Shown here: positions 54,223 through 64,000 of the stretch, in pieces | How positions within the stretch are numbered: position 1 is the first letter of the stretch | Layout of the letters: every line of letters begins with the position of its first letter | Source of the DNA: the human T2T-CHM13v2.0 reference genome, Homo sapiens | NCBI RefSeq assembly: GCF_009914755.1 | Contig: NC_060935.1 | Strand: one strand, 5' to 3' | DNA: 64,000 nucleotides | Position numbers and translations under genes: made by a program | Notes under the pieces: model-generated | Told to the model about the DNA's origin: nothing | What the model saw: only the letters and a program-made list of their open reading frames with translations | The model's database searches: none

Positions 54223-56985
54223 GCAATGCCTCTGTTGGAAAGGTACCCAGGCTGCCTTTTCCTCCTGGAGATCAGGGCCTGCAGCAGGGCTGGAGTGGGC
54301 AGGAGGAAGCCCTGGCAGGACATGCCCAGCCCCTCTCATGTGGATGGCAGCCATCCAGCAAGAGAATGTGGGCAGAGGAGGTGGATTGGTCAGGGCTCTG
54401 CTTCAAGCCAGACTCCTGCCTGTGGGCCAGGCTAGGGGACTGAGGCCTTGGGTGAGGACCTGAGGCTCTGAGCTATGGTGGACCCAAAACCCAGACCTCT
54501 GCTTTCGCCAGTAAGCGGAATAGCATCAGGGATGATGGGCCCTGGCTCACAGGCCACCCGCTGCTGAGAACGTGGCGGGGGACCGAGCCAGGGGCTTCAG
54601 GCCAGCTGCAGCGAAAGGACGGGAGGGGCAGCCTCCGACTTGCCTGGTGCCAGCACCTGCAGCCCACAGTGCACCGAGCCTTCCCAACCAGGCCCCACCA
54701 TCAGATCCAGCAGCAGGCCCCTGGATTCCCTGATTTCATCTTTGAGGCCTCCAAAAAGTCACTTTCTCTTTCCTGTCAGGCACCCACTCAACAAAGCCAC
54801 TCACAGCCAGTTAGTCAGAAGGAAGGAAGGAAAGAGGGAAGGGAAGGGAAGGAAGAGGGAAGGGAAGGGAGAGGGAAAGAGATGGGAAGGAAAGGAGACT
54901 TCTCAGGCCCCAGAATTCTGGAAGGCTCCAAAAACCTGGTTAGACAGTGGCATGAGGAAGCAGCGTGCCCAAGAGTGAGGCAGCATTTGCCACAGCGGGA
55001 TATAGAAGGGAGAGGTAAGACGGCGTGTGCCGGTGCCCACAGCCTCTCAGCCGCAGGGGACCGAGGGAGCTGTGGCTTCCCTTCATTGCCTACTTTTAGG
55101 TTTTGTAACCACGTGAATGCCTTATCCACTGAAAAAATTAAACTTACAAACTTGCCAGAATTTGCCCCTGAGGGCCCGAAGCCCCCCTGGGCGAGGACGC
55201 TGCAGCAGTGCATGTGAGTAAGACCCTGTATCTGCAGGGCCACCCCTCTACCACCCATCTCGGCACCCACACCCCCTCAGCACCCCAGGCTCCTCTGCAG
55301 AACTGAGGCCCCTCCCCTCCACGGAGGCACTTCCCTGTCTCAGAAGGGAGGAAGTCTCTGCTTGAGTGCCACCTGACTGGAATCTCACAGGAGGAATTGA
55401 AAATCAGCGTCACAGGCCCCACTCCTGGCCTCCACCCCAGCCTGGCTTAAAGCAGAAAATCAACACATAGAAGGAGATGGCTATTTTGAGTGCTGGGAGC
55501 CAGTTTCTCTCCCTTTTCTCCCTCGTCTTCCTCCCCCTTTCCAAGGGCCTGGCCCCTCCTGGGAAGGCAAGGAAAGGACAAAGACCCTGGGAGAGGGACG
55601 CGCCTGCCACTGCCCAGCCTGGGCGGCAGAATGACACAGGCGCTGGAACTCACCCTGGCATTGGCCTGGCAGGAAGGCCCAGCTGCCCGCTGGCCCGGCT
55701 CCTCCTGGGCAGCTCCGTGGGAATTCCCTGGGGGCAGAGCGCATTACAGGAAGCGGCCGCTGGGTGCAGGGCGGGCTTCTCTGGTTCCCATAGACCATCC
55801 CCTCCCCATGAACTGGAGCAGGCTTCCCGTGCAAGCCCATTTGGCCTGGAAGTAGGAAAAATACCGCTCCTATGGTTCTGTGTTCTGCTGGAGAAAAGTC
55901 TCCGGGGCCGGGCCCCACCCCGATCCCCGCTTCTTACCCACCCCACCTACCCTGGCCGTCCCTCCACTTTCTCCTTACTTCCCCCAACTCAACCACACTC
56001 CACAGGGTCATGGCTGCTTTCTCTGAGCTGACAATGCTGGTGCCACTGCACACAGGACCACCTTCTGCACCCCTAAAGGGACAATGGCCGGTTGCTGGGC
56101 TTGGTGATGGTTCAGGGTCTTGAAAACCTTTTCTCTGCCCGCCCCTGCCCCCACCAACCCACCACAGACTGAGACAGCAATCCCAGGGCCTCCGTGGGAG
56201 AGGAGAAGAGCGTCCCAGGACACCACCCACCAGAGCAGCTCAAGCCCCCAAGCCAATCCCTGCCCTGGTTCCACACCCCAGCCCCCACTGAAACCCCGGA
56301 GGCAAAGCGTCGCTCTAGCTCTTATTCTTAGCATCGAACTTGCTCCCACTACGGTGGGAATAAGGTACCTGGCGCCGGTGCATGTAACAATGGGCCGGGG
56401 GCTCAGGCGGCAGGTTCATTCTGAGAACCCTCCACCTCCTTAAGACATTTCTTGAGGACTTGGGTTTATGATGAGTGAGTCATGGAGCCACATAATTAGA
56501 GATAGGAAAGGCAGCTTTGCCAGGGCCTCGACTTGGACCAGAACGTTCTACTTTTAGATTCATGGAACAATCACATCTCACTGGACCTGAGACAAGTGAG
56601 GAAACTGAGCCCCAGAGAGGCAACCGGGACTCTCGGTGGAGTACATGGGGAGCAGGGACAAGATGAATGGGGGTCCCACATCTCCAGAGGTCTGGTGATC
56701 TGGCTAATACATGGCATCAGAAGTACCAACAGCTGTAGGAAGGGAGGCTGCATCTCCAGCCCCCCAGGAAGGCATGGGACCAGTCCAGTCTGAAGAAGGA
56801 GCTGGGGGCAACCCTGAGGGTCAGCTCAGGCCTCAGAGCAGAGGACAGCTGGGATCATGATTGGTTTTTTTCAATCTCAGCCTCAGAGCAATGCTCCAAG
56901 AACAGGAACCTAAAGGAAGCCAGGCTACGAGATCTGGCACTTGCATCTGCTCCTGGAAGCCAGCCTGGCCTCTGGAGGCCTGAGA

Positions 56986-57055
56986 ACCTGGTGCCACTGT
57001 GAGGACCTCATGCCACTGTGAGGACCTGGTGCCAGTGTGAGGACCTGGTGCCACT
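56986..57055. repeat. 19-bp tandem repeat, ~3.6 copies
   Basis: ACCTGGTGCCACTGTGAGG units. Confidence 0.92.
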
Positions 57056-58034
57056 GGGCTCTCGCTCTGGGCTTTTCCTTTCAGTTATCAGTCTGCAGTG
57101 GAGACTGGTTTCCACTGCCAGGGTGAGGATGTTTGGACACCATGAGAACCCTCTCGAAATTCCAGGGTTTTGAATTTCAAGCTGAGCTGGGTCCCGGTAG
57201 TATTCAGGTTCACAGGAAGTTGGCACAAATCAGCCTCCTGCTTATGATGGGCAGTGGGGAGGGGGTCAAGGAAAGCCTCTTAGGAGGTCACAATGACATC
57301 TCAGACACCAGCGAGTGCTTGTGACACATACTGCTGAATGAAGTCTGGGTGAATCAGAAACACGAGGCTGCATTTCCCTTGGAATACACTCGGGGTTAAT
57401 AATTACATGAGAAATCACTTGGCAAATCCATGTGGGGTGTTGCTGAACCCAAAACATTCAAGAAGATGTTTGACTAATCCCATCCCTGGGCATGGCCCAT
57501 TCTTTCCAAGAGGGCAGGGGATGGCTTTAAACAACTATGGGCCACATGCTTGCAACCCACAAGGCCTGGCTGCTTTCCAAGAGTGTTTCTCTGCCCTTGA
57601 ACATCTAGGAATCGAGTTCACCTGGGGAGAGGGGATTTTTTTCCCAAGTGATTCTATGGGAATTGATTACCTGATTCTCTGGTTCTAAAACTTCAACAGC
57701 ATCTACTGGGAAAATGAGGTGGGGGGAACACGGGGCGGGGGACGGGGGGAGGTGAGGTGGGCGATGGCTCCTGGGGGACTTGTTAAGAAATATTTTGGAT
57801 GATTCAATGACTCTCCGGACTAGAAGCCTTTTGATTTTGATTAACCACGAAAAAAACTCCACCGGCAACAGTGAGATCATTGCGTGAGTGGGGCTGCTTC
57901 GTATTGTCATGAGAGTTCCATGAAGGCCCCGAGGGCACTCCGAAATATCACAGTGGCTTCCAGGAAATTCTCTGCCAGCATCTGCAGGCGGGAGACAAAG
58001 TGTTGCCTTGGTCCCATTTCTGGGGCAAAGGCGA

Positions 58035-58278
58035 CGCTCCGCACCCTGCACTTGGCGCTCTGCGCTCCGCACTCCGCAGGCCATAGTCTGCACTCCGCAG
58101 TCCCCAGCCCGCACCCCACACTCTGCTCTGCACTCCGCACTCCGCACCCTACTGTCCGCACTCCTCACTCCACAGTCCATACCCCACACTCTGCAGTCCG
58201 CACTCCGCAGTCTGCACTCTGCATTCCACACTCCGCAGTCCTCACTGCCGCAGTCCACACTCTGCAGTCTGCACTCCT
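58035..58278. repeat. Degenerate 7-bp tandem repeat (CACTCYG/CAGTCYG)
   Basis: About 34 units visible. Confidence 0.92.
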
Positions 58279-58699
58279 CGGGCTGCTGGCAGGGCCCTGC
58301 GTATCTTTGCTCAGAACTTTCCTTCCCAGAGCCTCAGCTTTTCCGGCTGCCTGGGTGGCCTCAGAGGGTCTAAACAGCTTTCCATGCTCCTTCGCACCAT
58401 ACCTCTGGGCTCGGGGCACAACTTCTGCCACATTCTGTGCCACGTGGTCACTAGCACTGCGCGGCCAGATTTCCACAGGCGTCCATGCCGCAGTTGTGTG
58501 CTAAGGGTCTACTGTGTGGCAGAGACGCCCAGACAAAGAAGACACAGCTCACGGGCTTGCGTGACTTACGGGTAGGGGGACCCACCCACCTGGTCATGGC
58601 AAACCCCTGAGAGAAGTAGAATGCGCTGCCTTGTCCATCCCCCGCCACCCATCCATCGGTTCATTCATTCCATGAATATGTGTTGGGACATGTAAGACT

Positions 58700-59480
58700 T
58701 GCTTTCATCCCCTGTAGTTGCTATGACAAAGTCCCACAAACTGGGTGTCTTAAAACAATAGACATTTACTCCCTCAGAGTTTCAGAGGCCAGCCATCCAG
58801 AATCAAAATGTCAGCAGGGACAATGCAGTATGGCTTAACTGTGTCCCCCAAAAGTTCATGTGTTGGAAACATGGTTCCCAGTGCAGCCGTCTTGAGAGGT
58901 GGGACCTTCAGGAAGTTGCTGGGCCATGAGGATCCTGCCCTCGTGAGTGGATTAATCCATTCAGGGGATAATGGATTCATGGCTTATGGAGGGAATGGGG
59001 TAGTTATCACGAGAGTGGGTCTATGATGAAACTCACTTCAGCCATATCTCATGAGCCCCCGGGCATCTGAGGCCCTGTGCCCCTCGGGACTCTGCAGAGA
59101 GTCCCTGCCAGCAAGAAGCCCCACATCAGAGGCACCCCTCAACCTGGGACCTCCCAGCCTCCAGAACTATGAGAAATAAATATCTTTTCTTCATAAATCA
59201 CGCAGGTAATTACTTATAACAACAGAAAATGGACTAACACAGCCACACTGTCTCTGAAGGCTCCAGGGAGGATCCTACCTTGCCTTGTCTGGCTTCTGGT
59301 GGTTGGTGGCACCCTTGGCATTGCTTGGCTCATGGCCCAATAGTCTCACCTTCAATAGTCACGTGGCCTCCTCCTGTCTGCGTCCCTGTAATCAAATGTC
59401 CTTCTTCTTCAAAGGACCCATTGGATTTAGGGCCCACCCCACTCCATTCTGACCTTGTGCTAGCTTATTACATCTTCTTC
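58700..59480 (-). mobile_element. MLT1B/C-type LTR interrupted by MSTD
   Basis: CCACAAACTGGGTGTCTTAAAACAA...; resumes CTCTGAAGGCTCCAGGGAGGATCC...TTGGATTTAGGGCCCACCC. Confidence 0.85.
58826..59239 (+). mobile_element. MSTD-type LTR nested in MLT1
   Basis: GTGTCCCCCAAAAGTTCATGTGTTGGAAAC...AACAGAAAATGGACTAACA. Confidence 0.88.
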
Positions 59481-60358
59481 TGTCTGCACCCACCCTATTT
59501 CCATGGGAGAACCCTGAGGTCCTAAAAGGCCATGGACTCTGTGGGGTCACCTTCCAGCCCAGCACAAGCATGTTGCAGGAGCAGGCACTGTTCTAGTCTC
59601 TGCCATCACGTACCTTGCATTTCCGGTAAGGGAGATGGATTTGAAAGCCATAGTCCGCAGGTAACAGAACGCCCGGTGGAGCACAGCTCTATGGAGAGAA
59701 TGAAGCAGGGGCAAAGGCTCCAGGGTGATGGGGACACCGTTGTCTGCAGGGCAGCCCAGGAAGGCCGCTGTGAGGAGCTTACAACTGCAGGGAGGTAGTG
59801 GGACTCCCCAGGGGAGGACTGCTCCGGGTACAGAAAGCAGTCAGTGCCATGGGCTTGAATGAGAAGTGTGCCCGATTTCCCAAGGCCTAGCAAGGAGGCA
59901 GAGTGGTGGCTGGGCAGGGACTGAAGGAGGAGGAGAAGCAGGCAGGGCGGCCACTGCCAAGTCCCAGAGCAGGGCATCTTTCCCGAGCATGCTAAGGACG
60001 TGGGAGTTGAACTGTGGGCTTGGGGGAGCCTTAAAAGAGAAGTGGCCTGGACAGAGTCTGTGCCAGGCCTGCCCTGGCCAAGATGGGGAGAGCCAGGTGA
60101 GGGGCAAGCGGGGAGGAGGAAGAGCAGCCACGGAGAGGCCAGCAGCACCACAGAGCGAGGCTGAAGCGGGGGCGATGCGGGGTTCTGGACGTAGGTCTCA
60201 GTCATGCTGACGGACATCGCTGAGCTGCAGGATGGGACCAAAAGAGCAACACCATGGACAACTACGAGGTTTGGGGTCTGAGCACCTGCCAGGTGGCCGT
60301 GCTGTTGCTGTTGGCTGATGGGAGAGTAATCAAGCGGAAGATAAAATGCTCTGTGGTC

Positions 60359-60712
<354 letters not shown>

Positions 60713-61007
60713 TCAGGGAAGGGGACTTCTGAGCTGGGTTTTGAAGGATGACTAGGAGTACCCCACTGTGCCCAAAGTGAGCAGGTCCTTCAGGGGAGGG
60801 GTCAGTATGCCCTTGTGTCAAAGCCTCTGATGAAGGCAGTTTCTGTCTCCTCTCCTAAGCCTCCAGCCCCTCCTCTCCTGAGCCTCCAGCCCTCGAGGCA
60901 GGTCCTGCGTCACCGTCACCGGGAGCAGCAGTGGGCAGGAAGAAAGGGGCAACTGTGATGTTTGCAGCCCGGCACCCACTCTTAGCTGGCAGCATTCCCT
61001 TGGGCCT

Positions 61008-61432
61008 TGTATGAGGTTGGATTGTGTCCCCATAAAAAGTTACGTCCACATCCTAACCCCCGAGCCTGTGAATGCACCCTTCTTTGGACATAAGGTCTTG
61101 ACAGATGTAATCAAGTGAAGATGAGGTCGTTCTGGGTTCGGGTGGGCCCCAGGTAAAAGGCCTAGCATTGTTCCAAGGAGAGGGAGATTCGGGGGCACAT
61201 GGACACACCGAGGGAAGAAGGCCAGTGAAGACAGAGGAGGAGATTGGGGGGATGAACACTGAAGACTGCCCACAGCCTCCCGTAGCCCCTCAGAGAGCCT
61301 CCAGGAGGAACCAACCTGGCCGACACCTTGATTTTGGACTTCTGGCTTCCACAACTGTGAGAGAAGGAAACTCTGTTGCTTTCAGCCCTGCTGTGTGTGG
61401 AACCTTGTTTCAGCAGCCCAGGACACTCACAC
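61008..61432 (+). mobile_element. MLT1B/C-type solo LTR
   Basis: GATGTAATCAAGTGAAGATGAGGTC, GACACCTTGATTTTGGACTTCTGGC. Confidence 0.87.
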
Positions 61433-61589
61433 AAGCCCCAATGCCATCCTCTGGAAGACAGGCACAGTGCCCGCCACTCAGCCTCGGGCACTGTTCCACG
61501 GGGCAGTGTCCTGTGCTCCACCAGCACAGCTGACACTTGTCTTAGTCAGGGGCCTCTGGAGCTGGGCCACTCAAAACGTGGTCAAGCGA

Positions 61590-61716
61590 CCAGCCACATT
61601 GACGTCACGTGGAAGCTTGTTAGACTGGCCCACTTGGACCCAGTAAGCCAGAATGTGCATTGTGATAAGATCCCCTGATCTCCCCTGCACCGCATGCTTT
61701 GAGAAGCTCTGCTCTA
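61590..61716. mobile_element. MER5-type fragment
   Basis: GAAGCTTGTTAGA...TGCATT...GATCCCCTGA...TTTGAGAAGCTCTGCTCTAG. Confidence 0.55.
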
Positions 61717-63118
61717 GGACGCGGAGCCTGAGGCCAGGACGTTGGTGCCGACCCTGGCTGAGGGAGGGGTCAGCCAAGGCGGGGGAGTGAGGAAGAGGGC
61801 CATGAAGAAGGCACAGGCACGACGACACGAGGGAACCAGAGGGGTCCTGGGCAGAAGCACCCCAGCTGTCCCAGCAGGAGCCGCACCTCCAAGTGGCCCA
61901 CAGAGAGTAAGGAGGAGGGGGTTTGTCAGCCTGGCTGCCTGTCACTCCTCTCCCACTGTTAAAAGTTTACCCCATGGTAGAGGGTGGCAGAGGATGAGGA
62001 GCAACTCCTCAATGGCTCCAGGGCGTGTGGGGTGAGGACAATGTTTTAGATCTTGAGGGAGGTGGTGGTTGCACAACTCATTAATGTACTAAATACCACC
62101 GAGTTGTTCACTTGAAAATGATTAATCGATGTTAAACGAATCTCACCGACGTTTTTTAAAAGTGTATCTGTGAGATGCTAACCTCTCCTGCACTCCCGGG
62201 TGCTTCTCAGAACACCAGGTCTTGCACGCTGAGTCATGGCATCTGGGTACCATCGAGGAGGGAGAGGTGGAGTGCAAGAAGACGATGGCAGAGTCGTGTG
62301 TGGTGACTACTTTCTCATTATTGTCACCATCCTCTCCAAAAGTTGACTCAGTTTCATAGCGCATCTGGCAAGGCTCAGGCGCACCCGGGAGCATCCTCAC
62401 CAGCCTACAACCAAGAATGGAGCCACCCTGAGAAAGAAGCATGGAAGAAAAGAACTGTGCAACTGAGAGAACGGTGCTGCACACAGTGGGGCTTCCAGGA
62501 GCACCAGGGTGTGATTTATTGCATTTATCATTCAACTCCAGGTGATCTGTGTGCCACAGGATTGCAGCTCAGGCGTGCGCCACGCCACCCTGAGTCAAAG
62601 TGAAGCTTGGGCAAGTCACTCAGCCTTTCTGAGTTTCAGTTTTCTTATCTGTAAAATGGAAGTGATATCCACCTACTCAGAGCTGTTGGGAGCAACGAAA
62701 GTAGATGCCACTTCAAACCTAGCCCCGAAAACTTCCTATAGATAGAGCTTTATGGAAAATTAGTAGCTCACAGACAAAAATTGCAACACATTAGAATAAA
62801 TCTAGCAGAAGTAAGAGACAGCAAAATCAAACCCACAAAGAGTTCAAAATTGAAATTATCAAACATAAAAAATAATATAAATATGTTTAATATGTTTAAA
62901 GAAATAAAAGTGAAACTTAAAACATGATCGAGGGATCCATAAAAAATGACCAACAAGTTTTGAAAAAAGGCAGAATTTCTAGAAATGAAAAATGTAATTA
63001 CTAAAATTAAAAACTCGCTGTGTGTTGAGTAGCTACATTAATTTCAGACAAAGTCGACTTTGGAGCAAAGAAAAGCTCCAGCATAAAAAGGGGCATTACA
63101 TTCTGCTAAAAAGGATCA

Positions 63119-63468
<350 letters not shown>

Positions 63469-63667
63469 CTAAGAGCAGAGCTTCCAAAGACATAAAGCTT
63501 ACAGACTGACAGAACTGAAAAAAGAAATAGATAAATCCATAGTTAATAGTTGGAAACTTCAACACTCCTCCCTCAATAACAGAACTAATAGAAAATCATC
63601 AAGGATAGAGAAGAACCTAACAATACTATTATCATCTGGATCTATGAGACATTTAGAACATTCTGCC

Positions 63668-63816
63668 AACCAGGGGTGGTGGCTCTTGCCTGCAATCCCA
63701 GCACTTTGGGGGGCTGAGGAGGGTGGATCTCTTGAGCCCAAGAGTTTGAGGCTGCAGTGAGCTATGATCACATAACTTCAACAGAGTGAGACCCTGCCTC
63801 AAAAAAAAAAAAAAAA
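63668..63816 (+). mobile_element. Alu monomer (FAM/FRAM-like or arm-recombined AluJ)
   Basis: Left-arm-like start runs into a right-arm end plus poly-A; TSD AGA(A/G)CATTCT(G/A)CC. Confidence 0.85.
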
Positions 63817-64000
63817 GAGCATTCTACCCAAAAAAGCATAAAACATATTTTTCAAGTGCACATGGAGTATTCAGCAAGACAGACTATATTATGTCATAAA
63901 ACAAACATTAACAAAGTTAAGGGAATTTAAATTATACAAAATATGTCCTATAATGCAATTAAACTACAAATTAATAACAGAAAAATCAGAGAAAAATATT

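Noticed and set aside
57605-58504. ORFs of 217 and 206 aa with repetitive Cys/Arg or His/Ser peptides
   Set aside because: Translations of the 7-bp tandem repeat

Overview
This is primate (most likely human) non-coding genomic DNA. AluY/S/J SINEs, MST/MLT MaLR LTRs, L1M, L2, MIR and Tigger/hAT DNA-transposon fossils make up much of the window, in a GC-rich background. I cannot support any protein-coding gene, rRNA, tRNA or CRISPR array; the ORF track is explained by GC-rich composition, tandem repeats and Alu/L1 sequence. Main landmarks: (1) a ~1.5 kb G-rich 20-bp minisatellite with higher-order structure (12.9-14.4 kb); (2) three nested Tigger-family elements (18.2-19.5 kb); (3) a complete MSTB-type provirus with an intact CCACA target-site duplication (35.2-38.2 kb); (4) clusters of closely spaced inverted Alus (42-51 kb). 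The strongest signal not explained by standard repeat annotation is a series of short copies of nearby sequence, inverted or direct (18.3-18.5, 22.6-22.7, 24.8/25.5, 36.0-36.1 kb), plus two dispersed diverged duplications (1.0/2.8 kb and 53.5-54.8 kb). These look like fossil template-switch repair scars. There is also one clean 39-nt candidate exon. I see no convincing new biological system. Repeat subfamily names come from my recall of consensus sequences and need RepeatMasker/Dfam confirmation. I could not identify the chromosomal locus.
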